Below, piece by piece: positions 1 to 13,118 of a DNA stretch of 64,000 nucleotides; positions within the stretch are counted from its first letter, which is position 1; each line of letters begins with the position of its first letter. The stretch comes from Takakia lepidozioides (Eukaryota; Plantae; Bryophyta). The notes beneath the pieces were generated by a model that saw only the letters and a program-made list of their open reading frames with translations, had not been told where the DNA came from and did no database searches. Where the stretch lies: assembly GCA_030704615.1 (NCBI GenBank), contig CM060731.1:83142001-83206000 (forward strand), written 5' to 3'. A program made the translations under genes and the position numbers.

Positions 1-643
1 GACGCACACGCAGAGCAAGACGATGGGAGAGAAGATGCAGCGAAGGAGGAAGAGATTACGTCCTTGATGATAGTCTGTGGGGGAAGGTAGCCCGGGGGGG
101 AAGGTGGAAAGAGGTGAACGAGAAAGATAGATAGGTAGAGAGAGGACAGCATACAGGGTTGGGGAGGGGCGAGAATTGCACAATGCTCATGGCGGATGAG
201 GATGTCCCGGGGATACCCGAGGACTCGCATTCCCATATGCCTGAAACAGGCCTCCATATAGGCCAGTTTGATGACCTGTCCCAAGTGGCAATCGAGGGCA
301 GAGTGTACAAAAGGGGGAACTGGTCAGTGTCCGATGTCATGTATCTCCAGACGTTCAGGCGGGCGGATATGGAGAATTTTCGTATAGGGGGCACGCATCC
401 TCCAGCATCGCAAAGATGGCAGGCAAGCCTATTAAGACGGGATTAATGATTTACACACTCATTTGAGCAAAAAACTGGTGAACTATCTGCTCGAAGAGCT
501 TAGGTTTTGTGTAAGCAATTGTGTGGAACATAAGATGCTATCAAACCAGCAAAGAAAGCCAACGGTTGTAAGGCCCAAAACGCAGACGAATTGACAACAC
601 ATGAAACGTTTTTCACAATTATGTGACATAAAAATGACAAACC

Positions 644-948
644 TTGGGAGGACTGTTGGCTGGACAGGCAATTGAAGAACAATGCTGGAGTGTCGACATC
701 CATCGAAGCGCACAACAATGCCAGGACAAGTGGGAAGCCCTTGCAACAGAGTTCAGAAAGGTTGGCGACTACGAAAAGAGCGCCCATGGTGTGCACCTGT
801 CCTACTGGCAAATGTCAAACGAGGACCGGAAAAAGATGAAGTTGCCAACCAATTTCCCCAAAGAGGTCTTCGCCGCCCTCGATGAATGGTTGGCCAAGGC
901 CAGGCTCATTGCGCTTGCGGCTGGCGGATCACCAGGACCGGATCCAGG
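644..948 (+). pseudogene. Trihelix (Myb/SANT-like, ASR3/SH4-type) transcription factor fragment
   Basis: HRSAQQCQDKWEALATEFRKVGDYEK...SYWQMSNEDRKKMKLPTNFPKEVFAALDEWL matches the plant trihelix pattern (QC.DKW.NL..D.KK...E...SYW.M...ERK...LP..F..EV..A). The upstream part is frameshifted or degenerate. Confidence 0.65.
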
Positions 949-1941
949 TATGGCACATGGCTTCTGCTGGCATGCAATATTTCCTTCTGGTGATAAAGTT
1001 TACTGCCTGGAAGCGTTTTCTTTCAAAGAACATAAAGTCCGATCTCAGCCCTATCTTGGGCCTGCATCCGAGAGACAGACACACTGTGCTTTCCCCACTA
1101 GCGTGACTTCAATGTGGATAAAGACGTAGTAGAGTGGAAAGGCAAAGTAGAAAGACAGATTCCAACGTACCTGAGCGCCAGACGCAACCATCCCACAGTG
1201 CGCCTTCCGTAGTTGCTCCACAAAGCCGCAGAGGCAGTGTGAGAGAGGGTCGGGCTTTTTAAGGGGTTTGCCGGCCACAGGGTTCGCCATAGCCGGTTGC
1301 ATGCAGCAAGCTCATGGGAACACGGAAAGACGCCCTGCATTTTAACCGGGAACAGAGAGCTTTGAGAACGTATAGGGAACTCGATCTTATACCGTAGCCG
1401 CCCGGGACCCGGTATTTAAAATCCCGGGTGCCCATCGATCCCACATGGGACCCGTTGCACGGCGCAGTGCAGCACGGGTTTGGGCTGCCCCCACCTCAGA
1501 ATGATCGACAGGGATGGCGGGCGGTTTGATCGTTGCATGGGCAGGACATCGATCGTCGCTGCGAAGATAGTGTTCCGTGCACGATATTCCATTTTGTTTG
1601 TGGAGGTCCTTGTCGGTGCACTGTGACCTAATCAGGTTCCTTAGTAACCTAGGACTCAGACATTAGGTTGGCGTACGGTGGTTGGAACTTGATAATCGTC
1701 CGATCTGACGGGGAGCGGATCGGGGCCGGTGAAAGGAAGAGATAAGAGATCTGATTATGTACGTTGGGCAAGATGATGGACCATTGGATTTTGGGCGACA
1801 GGCCAGGCCTTCTGTGGTAAAGAGCTGAGGGCGACTTCCTGTGAGAAGGTGGGTGGGGAACGCGCTTTGTCTTGTTCCCACAGTTAGGGTTTGAAGAATC
1901 TGAGGGACCCATCTTGCTGCTTGCAAGATCGAGTGATAGAC

Positions 1942-2379
1942 ATGGTGAAATTGAAGGGGATAGAGTGGCAACATGTAGTGGTGGTGAAGGAACCGGAGAA
2001 ACATGGCATGGCCACGCTTGTCAGGTGCGCTCACTGTGAGAAAGAGTTTCAAGGAAATGCCATGCGGATCAGGGCCCATTTGCTTGGTAATAAGCGCTCA
2101 GCCGGTGTTTCTGGGTGTCCGTCCTGTCCAGAAGATGCAAGAGCGGAGCTGCGAATCAAGGATCAAGAGAAGGCGCTCACAAAGCGGAAGCGGGAGGCAC
2201 GGAGGGCGAGGGCTGTCTCCTCAGCGTCTGACCATAGCTCGGAAAGCCCACAGCACATGGATCTTAAAGTTGCTTTGCGAAAGGGAGAGAAGTCGGCTTT
2301 AGAGCAAGCAATAACGCGCATGTTTTTTGCCAACAGTTTACCTGTCAACGTTATGAACGCTGTTCAGCAAACGGCAGCG
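1942..2379 (+). mobile_element. hAT transposase N-terminal remnant (BED zinc finger)
   Basis: W...VRCAHCEKEFQGNAMRIRAHLLG...VSGCPSC is a BED finger. It is followed by EQAITRMFFANSLPVNV, which resembles plant hAT AIARFFYANGIPFNV. No catalytic core is seen downstream. Confidence 0.7.
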
Positions 2380-2734
2380 GTGAGCCGTCTCTCTCTCTTC
2401 CCCTCTTGCCATCCACCTCTCCTATCTCCCTTGTCAGAAGCGTATGTTTAAGAGTCTCTGATTCTTCCTTTACCTGTCGTAGAGAGACTTTGCCTTGGGC
2501 TCTGAAGTGAGGGGGACACACTTTGGCCATCTCATCGAGAGAGGATAAACCATAGTTAATTGAACCAATTCTCTTTAGAGACTACCAACTCTTGCTGTAG
2601 CTATTTAAAGCGGGATGGACAATGATATGTTTGCCACATGCCAGGGAACATGCTGCCAAGTGCTGCGAGCAGAACACCCACACTTTTGCACGGCTCCTGT
2701 TCTCGAGTGATTTATTCTCTTGAGCACCTTCGGC

Positions 2735-3310
2735 CCTCAGTGTCAGAGCTATTTTGTCGCAACCATGGCCACAGTATTGTTCTGTGGAAGCATCAGAGCT
2801 TTGCACATATGTTTGTTTCGAAAATTGATTTACCTTGAATTTTGGGGTTGTTAGTATGATGTCGCGAGCAGAAACCATCTCAAAGATCTAAGGACATGGG
2901 TTGCCACAGCATTGTTGTGTGGAAGCATCAGAGCTTTGCAAAATATCCTTGTTTCGAAAATTTAACTACCTTGCTTTTGTTGCTTGTTAGATGATGTTGC
3001 TCAAAGTTCATTGTGGCGGGAAACTGTTTTTAGACGATGGCTATGACAGCCACATATCTTGATAGCTTCTTTGAAGGTTTTGGACTTAGAGGGAGAAAAA
3101 GGACGTGGGTTGCTGCAGTACGCAGCAGAGCTTTGCAAATATCTTTGTTTCGGCTTGCTTTTGGGGGTTGTTAGTACGATGTTGCTTACAGTTCTTTGTG
3201 GTGTGAAAACGTGTTTAGAGCATTGCTATGACAGCCACAGATCTCGATAGCTTCTTTGAAGGTTTTGGACTTAGAGGAGAAACAATCTCAAAGATTAAGG
3301 ACATGGGTTT
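2735..3310. repeat. Degenerate local tandem duplications (~150-190 bp units)
   Basis: Blocks such as GTGGAAGCATCAGAGCTTTGCA, GTTTCGAAAAT, ATCTCAAAGAT..AAGGACATGGGTT and GATAGCTTCTTTGAAGGTTTTGGACTTAGAGG each recur two or three times. Confidence 0.75.
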
Positions 3311-3438
3311 CACGGGGAAGACATTTATGTCAAATCTGGATGAGCTTCCAAGCCTGCTTGAGTCCATCAACACACACCACCAGCTCACTCTTGGAGAAGA
3401 ATGGGGTATCAAGGGTGCAGTAAAGAAGTGGCAAAAAG
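3228..3438 (+). CDS. Possible SAM (sterile alpha motif)-like exon
   Basis: DLDSFFEGFGLRGETISKIKDMGFTGKTF...LTLGEEWGIKGAVKKW has SAM-like spacing. The rest of the gene is unresolved. Confidence 0.3.
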
Positions 3439-5399
3439 GTTTTCCTCTGTCCCTTGAACCTTTCAGTCGTGCAGATTTTGGGACCTATACACGTCTTGGT
3501 AGTGGCAGGTGGTATGTTATCTTAAGGGGCTTGGAGGGGTTTCTCAACCCTTCCAAGAGGCCTTACTGTTTGCAATGCACACATTCTGTCTCTCTCCCAT
3601 TTTGACAAGCGAACGAGCAGGTGTCATCTTGGGTGATGCAGATCATCAAGTGATTTTTGCACAACCAGAGGATGAGAAGTGGCCTGACCCCGAGAATGGT
3701 GCGGGAAATGGGTCTTGTAAGGAGCTCTCCTGCATTCGTAAGTTCACACTCTTGAATACTTTTTCCAGCAGCTTTTCCTTCCCTTCTGTGGAAATTTGGC
3801 CTTAATTTGCCCTTTTCTTCCCCGATGGAGTAACTTTCCAGAGCAGGTATTCACTAATCTGTTTATGTTGGATGTAGCACAAAGCTAGTGCCAGTGGCTG
3901 GGCACCCAGACACTGTCTCCAGATGGTGGAGAAAACAAAGACAATGGAGCCTGTTTAAAGGGGATCCAACAATGATGCCTCTCCACTTTGAGCAAAGGCG
4001 TTTCTCTGATGGGAAATCTAGTCCAGCCATTTTTGCGTGAGATATTTTAATCCATGGTACCAAGGTGAACTGTGCTTGCATGGCAGAAGTTCTTGCGGAT
4101 GAAGGAAGCGTGTAGATGCATGGAGATGTTTGGGTTTCAACGCACTAACTGTTGGCATTACTATGATTCAGAAAGAAAAGTGTTTGATTGCAGGCCTGCT
4201 TAAAGTAAATGCATGTCTGCTCACTGAACTCAGGAGCTCCTACTGATGTCAAGACAATAAGGGGTAGGAGAGAAACGGAGTCTAGATAAATTATACCCCA
4301 TGAAAGCTGTGGAAGGTTTGCAATGGAGGTTTAGCTTAGACATGTACCCTTAATCTTGAAAGTACCTGCAGCCCAAGTTTGTACATATTTGTAGCTGTAT
4401 TTGAAATGTTATCCTCCATGGTTAACCTGTAAAGCAAATCAAAGGCTCATATTATTGTTCTGATACTAGTAGAGAGTCCTGTGGATATTATCTATTTGAG
4501 CAGGACAAGGTGTAGTGCCTGGAGCTTTCATGTCTATGGAGTGATGAGTTGTGTCTGCATCATTGTAGAGCATTTGACCTTGAGGCCTGCCTGGTAATGG
4601 GGTTCTCTTAGTGGAATTTGTTGCACTCATTCATCTCTTAGTCTGCTGTTGTGTTTTGTCCTGCAGTTGGCAGTTGGGTTCACCCCTGTCGTCTAGGTTT
4701 GCAACCTATGCCCCATTCTGTGGAAGCAGACTTACTCGCATTTACTAATCTCTTACCTTAAGTGGATGGTTTGTTTCAATTCGTCTGCCTGTATTTGTGT
4801 GTTGCCCGCGTCATGTCAGTTTGCTATCTAGGCCCCCGTTTATGATGAGGTTCTGATATCCATCATTTTGTGCATGTGCCCACAGCAGCTAGTGATATAC
4901 GGACAGTTAGATGATGGTTGTCCCTGGAGTTCCAGATCTATCTGCAGAGCAACTGGGTCAGATGTAGCAAAGCTTGAAATAAGAGTGTACATGAGCATAT
5001 AAATACTACTTGATCTTTTGGTCTTCAATAAGATGCAGTAGATAATGTACTGCACAATTAGGCAATGGAACGGGTGCATGTGTTTGACCTGGGGGATTTT
5101 AGCCACAAGGCATCCACAAGAAGCCCTTGTAAGTGGAGTGATTCCTTGTAGATTGTTCTCTCAATTTTTAAGTCTGTCATTTTAAGGTGCCTTCTGGGTG
5201 CTCTAGCCCGCTTAGGTCGTTTGACCCAAGACACAGGATCTGCATTGTATTAGATTTCCCCTTCTTTCATTTGTAAGTTTCCCTGCTCTGTAAACTGCTG
5301 GAACCTAAATTTCCTTGATATCATTCTGTCTTGCTCTACTGTCGGCCAAACTGGCTATGTGTTGAGTATATCAGTTTCAGCTCGAGGTCATTTCGGAAG

Positions 5400-5694
5400 G
5401 CCACCTCTGCCACAGAAAAGCTTGGAGCATTTGGGCATTCCCCCCTCAAGTCCCCCTCACCTAAGTGTCCTTCAAGTATTGACACTACATTCTTCCTTTA
5501 CATTTCTGATATCGTCAGGCACCAGAGGAGGCATCCACAATGCCAGCATTAAAGACCTGCACAAAAAATTTCATATTCCAATCTCTCCGATCCACAAATG
5601 CTTTCAAGCTATTCACTTCACAGCTCTTCGCTCTCTCACCGCCATTATCACCAATAAAAGAAAACTTGAATCCAATTCCACCACATTACCCTAG
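5400..5694 (+). mobile_element. Probable 3' end of a non-LTR retrotransposon ORF (C-terminal helix region)
   Basis: ISSGTRGGIHNASIKDLHKKFHIP...IHFTALRSLTAIITNKRKLE resembles the C-termini of RLE-bearing LINEs of green algae and bryophytes. A structured putative 3' UTR follows. Confidence 0.35.
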
Positions 5695-5908
5695 GCATCC
5701 GGGGTGCCCCCCTCACCCCTCCTATCACCATTAACCCACCCATGCACACACACCTCTGGTTACTAGGTGCCCAACTGGGCACCAGTTTTATCATAGGGCC
5801 CACCCCCCGCAGGGCAGTAGCCGCAAGGCAAAGTGGCTCTTAGTTACGTCGGCTTCGGCCGGAGTCTGCTGTCTCTCTCTCTTCTGATATTGTCCAACTA
5901 TAAGCCAA

Positions 5909-6070
5909 AAAAAAAGTATGACACCTCCCGAAGGAAGCGTAACTTATGGAGTCACTTCACCCCGAAGCGCTACTGCCTTCCGCTAGGAAGGTGGACACCT
6001 TTGTGACACCAAGGATGGATTGAACCCACAACCACTTCCGAGGTGGTATGTGCCCATTACCGCTGGGCTA
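5909..6070 (-). mobile_element. tRNA-derived SINE with ~14-bp TSD
   Basis: The minus strand has A-box TAGCCCAGCGGTAA and B-box GGTTCAATCC and ends in an oligo-T tract. Flanks are CAACTATAAGCCAA (5895-5908) and CAACTAAAAGCCAA (6071-6084). Confidence 0.75.
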
Positions 6071-8269
6071 CAACTAAAAGCCAAGAGGAACTCTAAAGGG
6101 AGTGTAGTTCTCTATCCTTAAAGCCAAACAGTTGTTATCTGTTCTCAGCTGTTTCCATGCACAAGGATCACACTTTGATGTGTCAGGCATTCTTAGGGAG
6201 TGTCTGCTCTCAATGGGTGCTGCAATCTCAAGTATCTTCGATTCCCGGAGCATCCTGAGACCATCAATCACTACATGACAGAGGAGAGAGGAAGAAGCAA
6301 CACAAGTTAGCCCTGAAAATGGAGAGCTTGGACGCAGCAACACAAACTAGCATTGAGAGCCAAGAGCAATGGAAAGTCAAGTTTAGAGGTGCGTGCTGGA
6401 AGACGTTCAAAAGGCTTGTCCGCTCTATTACAAAGCATACGTTTGCATTCAGGAGTGAGAAGGAGCACCTCCCATTGCTTTAGGGTCTAAGCTGGTAGCC
6501 TTTAAGGGATAACACAGCCCCAAACAAAAGTAACCTGTCGTTTATCTTCATCATTCAGTTTATCTTCATTTCGCAGTCTACTGCTGGCTTGAGATCAGAG
6601 CTAACAGTGCATAAGTAAAAGAAGACACTAGTACACCATTTGAGAGAGGTCTACTTCACAAGCAACGAAGAATAAACTGGCAACCAACCCAGAGGAAAAC
6701 ATATTCCCATCACACCAAGCAGAAAGGTCTTGCTTGATTTGTGCACTTCCCATCAGACAGTTTGTGTCATGATTGCTAGAGCTTATAATATCCATGAGCA
6801 CAGTGACCTCCCTCAACGGAATGAATCCGAGCTCCTTGGTCTGCCTCCTTCAAACCAAATGCGCCGCAGCTTTGCGAGTTTTAGCCCTTGGAACCTCCCT
6901 TCCCCTTTGGCTTCCTCGTTCCAGTGCAGAAACCGGTGACAGTGGTAGCAACAGCTGCTATGTCGCTTGCAATTCCATTTGTAATCTTGCCCCTCGGGGG
7001 TACTTTGAACGACCCATGCTGACTGCCGTTGGAAGATCTTGGCTCCGTCATTGCAAATTATTCACGGGGAACGGAGGACCTAATATCAGAGAGAGAATCG
7101 AGCTGGGCTGAAACTCTCAGTTTTCAAGGAGTACAGCCATCAGAGAAGACATTCAGATGAAATTGAACTATCAACCAAGCAAGCAAGATCCCCTAAGCCC
7201 ATTTGAAACGTCTTCTCTGTGAATAGCCCTACAGACCTCCGAGCGCCAGCAGGAATGGCTCACCCATACACACCAACTGCCCACACGGCAGCTCCCTCAC
7301 AGTACCTCAATGGAAGCGACACTGCCGGAAAGCTCACTTCAAGTCCAAATTCTCAGACATATATATGACCGAGAGAGAGAGAGAGAGAGAACCAAGAGAG
7401 GGATGGGCAGGTGCCAGGAGCAAGGGTCAACCGGCTGCAGTCGGTTCTTTCCCGACGAACACCATCAGAGCGGTCATGAGCTGTCGCCAGTGATACAAGA
7501 ACCTGGGCTACCCTTGAAGATCAACGAGAATCAAGACTAGATCAACGACATCGACTGCAACTGCAACTGGAAGCCATGAAAAGGACTAAAGACTGACTAT
7601 GATCACGTTTGATTCTGTGGCAAAGGATTACATACACGTGGGCCTGGAGCATACGAAAAGCATTGAAAATATGTTCTTATTAGTCTTTGCCATCCGATTA
7701 CTTACTTACGAGCTTTGACGTCAGATTCGGATGCTTTGTGGGGCTTGTTGCAGGCATGCTAAAGCATGCACTGCAACTCCACAACTGACAACTGGACAAC
7801 AGCAAGATTGGAAATATCATGATGGGCCCAAGTACACTCAGCACCAATCTTTTCCCAATCTTTTCAGAAATTTTACTTACAGGTTGCATCCGAGTGGGCC
7901 ATGGCTTCAGTTCTAATGGCAACTCTTGGGCGCTACATATCACAAGGGCTGATTTTTCCTTTGTATGTTAATTAGAGGCACTTACTTTTCATTCCGTAGA
8001 ATTTTGTCTAGATTGTCCTGTGGGATGTCAGCATCAAGCCCTTAGGCCATTCTCTAGTACCTTCTTTCTTGTTGTCTGATCTACTTCAGGCAGTAGGTGA
8101 TGGTTTGATTGGCTTTGTTGTCTTGACATTTCCCTTGCTTTATGGGGTTTTATTTCTCCACTTAACAGGTTCTTGTTAACTGTACGGTCACCTCATTTGG
8201 AGTCTGTTACAGAGATATTTACATAGGGCGCACATTAGAAAAGGCCCCGGAGTTTAATGCGACCCCTTC

Positions 8270-8445
8270 GGTCCTGCCTGCGTGGCACCCCCCGCCACCC
8301 CAGCCGCACCCCCTTCGCCGGCTCATGCGCGGCTCGCGGTCGCTGCGCCCCCTCGCCCCCGCCACCCCACCCCTCCCCCCCCCCCCCCCCCGCGCCCCCC
8401 ATCCCCCTGCCCGCCCACCCCTCCCCCCCCCGCCCCGCCGGCCGT
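8270..8445. repeat. C-rich low-complexity tract (G-quadruplex-prone on minus strand)
   Basis: Dense C runs. The Pro/Gly-rich ORFs here are compositional. Confidence 0.6.
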
Positions 8446-9063
8446 CACCACACCACATGAACTCTGTGGCACATGACACCTGTCACCACAACCCATCATT
8501 GCGCACGGCATTAGCACATGACTCGGATGGATGGGATGTAACATGATCCATGTGCTGCAATCACCCATGATGATGGACGGCTTGACATGACAGGATGTGA
8601 CACATACTCATATATGGCCGTAGGGAGATCGCGATGATCATGCTTTCGTGCTTTTCGCGTCCAGTTCGCACGCACATGGTGGACCTGTCGATTCGAATGC
8701 GGCCCCTCAGCTGTCACTCCCCACGTCGATGCTTGATTGATTTAATTCATGGCAGCCACAGGACAGGTTCTCCAAGCTTCCTGGCGTTTGCATGGCCCGA
8801 AATGTATGATCCCGGCGGAAGCGGTGTTACAAGCACTTCCTTGCACAGTATGCATCGCGGCTGTTATAAACTGTTGACTGAGCTGTGGCGGTGAAGCGAT
8901 TACTCATTCGACTTGAGTATAGGGTTTCTTTTTGGAGAATTTGGAAGTCATTCGTGTGATTTGCAGCTATTTTCTTCCTCTTGCTTGCCATTTCTGTCTG
9001 TTGCAGTCCATTTGCGTGCTTCATGTTTTAGTGTGAGTTCTTGCTTTCACATTCCAACAACAT

Positions 9064-12000
9064 TTGCTCTGCTGGAGGATTCTTCAGGAGGAGGATAGTG
9101 GATTTGGAGTGGGCGCCGATATGGTGAAACAATCCTCCATGCGCGAAGCGCGTCGGACGTACAATGAAACGTACGACTCTGATGAGTGGGAAAATCTCAT
9201 ATGCGAGGCTCACTCAAAGGCAAGGGTTGAGCAGCCCGGTGATGATAATAGGAAGCCATTCAAGTCTATCCACTGTCTTAAGCAATATAAAGATAAGAAG
9301 AAACTTAACACTCACAGGATAAATGGCTGTGATGCTGCTGTGGGAAAGGGTAGGCCTAAACTGAAAATGTACCTTGTTTTTGAAAAGGGGTAGAGGCACA
9401 TCATGGAGGCTGTTCTTAGTAAGCACGGGATGAAGCCTCCTTCCTACAAGTTGATGAAGACGAGGGTAGAACGCGAGGAGACGACGGCAGAAGAGACTAC
9501 ACGAGAACCTAAGCGCAGGAAGCACATGAGTCTTCAGAAGGAGCCGGGAGTGGACCTTGACGATGACGATGACGATGACGATTTCCAGTTGTTGGACGCA
9601 CCTCCTGCGCTGCCACAGCAGACTGTTAGACCTCAGCGCATTCGAAAGGACTCATTGGACGCACCTCTGCCATCACAGGAAAGTCTTCCATCTGAGCGCA
9701 TTGTCAAGTCCACGTTTGTAGGACCTCCTGCCGTGCCGCAGCAAAGTCTTCGACCCAAAGTGCACGTTGGAGTTGCATCTTCAGGTAGACAAGAGGGCAG
9801 ACCTCCAGTGCACATTCTGAAGTCCACACCCCATGCACCGTAAGTAGAGAAGAGGCCAGGGAAGGCTTTGTCAAGGCGTCCTTGCTACTGACCTAGCTTA
9901 GATATTGTTGTGCCTCCCATATCCGCACCTGTTTCATGCCCAGGACTGACCTATCTGATGAAGTTCGACTTGTTGCCCGACGGATTTCCATCTCTGGACG
10001 AGCCTTCTTTTCTCAATCGTCTTGTGGCTCTTATTGGGAAATTTGAGTTCGGGGACCAAATGATGGGCAACGCTTTTGGTCAATGGTGGCTTAAACGACG
10101 GGTAACACACCTTCTTCTTGGCCTACACCTTCATGGTCACAACTTCTTCTTTGATGATGCGTGTCTTTGCATTTTGTTTGCAGTTGCCTTTCAAGTTTAG
10201 GGTTTTTGGTTAGTCTTCCTCTATTACTGACCAGCTCCATGACTCTGCAATGGCGGGGGAGCAGTTTGATGCACCTCCAGAGGAGAAGACAGCTGTGGAA
10301 AATGTGGTGGAGCTATTTGCCATACGTCCTGGAGTAACTCGTGACCATCCCGCTCAGTTGGCGGAATGCCAACTGGTGATGGCACATCACAAGTATGCCA
10401 TGGCATTACTGGATTTCGAAATGAAAGGAGTTGCAGCCCAGTCTGAGTTGGAGGCTCATAGAAGGCAGTTTGTTGACGACAACATGGCAAAATGGGATAG
10501 AGAACAATATGATGAGAAACAGGAGGGAATCTGGGGTCGGTCCCCTCTGTACCAAATTGTTGCAGCAGGTAAGATCCCTGAGTTGCCCCCCGATATGTTC
10601 ACACATTCTGAGGATGAATATGATAGGTTGATGGTCATTCTTGAGGCTGCTCGCCACCACGCTCCACCTCCAAACATTCCGCTTTTCAACAGGGTGTTCT
10701 GTCAGGTTTGGATGTCTCACGTTCACAACATGAAACCTATTTCAATTCCCCGAAACTCCATCTTGTTAACTCTGTGAAATCATCTTCTCAACACAGAAGA
10801 TGGCCAGTGTGCCATTACAAATGTGGGTGAGAATTTCTTGGAGATTGGATACTTCCTATACGGAGGCATGCCCCCATACGAGGAAGCCCGAACCCAGGTG
10901 CGTGAAGGACTTGCAGCCCTTCGGGAAGTGCGGAAAGAGGACTGCGAACACCTTTTTGAAGATCTACATGGTTTGATGCGCGAGGTCCGATGCAGGGCTG
11001 TGTGTGACCTCGCCGTTCTGAATCCTTCCTGAATTGTGTCGACCGCCTCCCCCTGTGGCCTCTTTCACTTCAGAACAAACCCTCTGTGACATAACTGAGT
11101 TCCAAAGTCCACCACCCCTTAATATGTGATGTCCCACTGATGAGGGTGCTATTGTACATGCAGTAAGCACTGTCGGATCTTCCGTGACCCCAGCTAACTC
11201 AGTGCTTAAACATGGGACAGAGCCTCCCACCCCCAATGCGATGGTTCTCGCACTGCCTTCGTCCATGCGACCTTACCACATCTTGTTTGATGGTGCTGAT
11301 ACACCTCACAGTACAGAGGCTACTACACGATTTCCTAGTGATGTACATGGCAGCGTCCGGGCATTGAATAAAAATGCAACCACTGCCACCTTTGCCAAAC
11401 CCAAGCCCATCCATACCATGGTTGCTGCCAAGGCAAAGGATGCGCTGCCCCAACCAGCACTTGCATTGCTGTGCAACAAAACCATGTCCAGGTATCCAGT
11501 GCCATTGTGGTTTTTTTTAATGTTAATGGTCTCTCCTCTCCAAATTGGAAATGGTGTATGTACGACGTTGCACATGCATTGACATATTGGGCTCCTGGAT
11601 GTGCAGGATACATGAAGGCCTCGAAAACGTATTGTGAGTTGCGACGCCTGTGCACCCTTTTTCATGCATGATATGGTATACCTTCCATCCATAGTTTGCA
11701 AGTGGCCTGCATGTGCATAATTATGTGGGCGGATTCTCATAGCAATGAGGTATGTGCCTTTTTTGCAGGCGGGCCAGTGGTGCAGTGGTGGCAAAAACAC
11801 ATGACATATGGTTTTTGAAGGGCTCTCGGGTTTCGTAAGTTCCTCTTAGACTAGAAGATGCAGATGACTTGCTCTCTGCAAGGGGGTGGGTCACTGACCG
11901 TCTATGGACTTTTGGGTGTCAGTTAAAATACTTTCTCTTCCTGAACATGTGTGCAATAAAATCCGTGTTGTAGATAGCTTCACATGGATATGCCTTCGCG

Positions 12001-12119
12001 ATCATTGTGCAAAGCAGGCAAATCAAGTTGACTCTGTGCGGATTTGGATGCAAAGACGGTTCCCCTTCTTCAGGAGTGAGGGTGTTGAAGCCCTTATTGT
12101 GCCAATTTTATGCAAGTGA
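9064..12119 (+). pseudogene. Degenerate multi-exon transposon accessory gene ending in a Ulp1/C48-protease-like fragment
   Basis: Serial ORF pieces (9064-9843, 9910-10200, 10250-10777) are broken by stops. 11904-12119 MDFWV...IRVVDSFTW...VRIW...ALIVPILCK resembles the N-terminal half of the Ulp1 catalytic domain and is truncated before the His. Confidence 0.45.
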
Positions 12120-12123
12120 GTAC

Positions 12124-12790
12124 AGCCCGCGCCACGCCGCAACGTCGGGAAAACGCCCTTTTCGGGCACGCGGGAGGCGCAGAATTTGCGACGCCCGACC
12201 GTCGCCCTGCAGTCGCAAGGGCGTCGCCAAAATGACGTCGCAAAAATGCGACGTATGGGGGTCGCGAGCCCCCGCCCTAACTCCCGCAACTGCCGGACAT
12301 CGGTTTTTCAGGCCGTCCGCGCCGATGGCAGGAGCCTCTTCGCGCGACGTCGCGCCGTCGCGGCCCTCCAGCCGACGGCGTTGGTGGGGGCGCCGGAGCG
12401 GCGTTGCATTTTATTTTTATTTTTTTCTAACCTGCCCGGGAGTCAGCTGGGTGGTACGCCAAGCAACTATTGGGCGTGGCACAAAACAGCAGGAGTCGGT
12501 CTCCGCCACGCCCGGGCGTGGGTTGTTGCGACGCTCCGGCGTCGCTTTTGTTTTAAATTTAATAAATAAAAAAACGTGGCGCAGGCAGGGTGGCGGTCTC
12601 CGCGACGCCTGGGCGTCGCGGCTTGCGACCCCCGGACTAAAAACACGTCGCAGGGGGTGTCGGGCGTTGCCGCCTGCAAATTGGGTTTGCGACGCCCGAC
12701 CGTCGCTGCGTGCGACGCCCGCCCAAAAAACACGTTGCCATTGGCGACGTGCTGCAGTCGCGAGGGCAGCCTGGTGGGGGGGGTTTGGGA
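12124..12790. repeat. Cluster of GCGACG/CGTCGC motifs in both orientations (CACTA-like subterminal repeats)
   Basis: TTTGCGACGCCCGACCGTCGC occurs at ~12185 and ~12687, with many GGGCGTCGC/GCGACGCC copies. No clean CACTA terminus is seen. Confidence 0.5.
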
Positions 12791-13118
12791 GTTCATTTTG
12801 GGGGTGAATTGGGGGTGGTTTTTTGTTTTCTTTTGTATTTGGGGATGGGAGAACTTATTGTTACATGCATGAAGGTGGGAGGTGTGATTCCATAGCCAGT
12901 AAGTTAGACAATGATGGCCGATTCGGCGACGAAATAACATCTCCTGACAGTTTCTCCTGAGGGTGGATCTAGCAGTATTCTCGGTGCAAACAGGAACGTT
13001 CGCACTGACAAGTGCCAGTACTGTTAGTTAAAACGGTCAGACAACCAAGTTGTGCTCATCAAGACTGGCCGCAATTGTGTTGTTTCGGAACAATGCAACC
13101 CATTCAGGTTCCGCATGC

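Noticed and set aside
5990-6070. Functional tRNA gene
   Set aside because: A and B boxes are present but there is no full cloverleaf. The unrelated tail, oligo-T and TSD indicate a SINE.
12007-12940. Long Arg/Ala-rich ORFs
   Set aside because: By-products of the GC-rich GCGACG repeat cluster.
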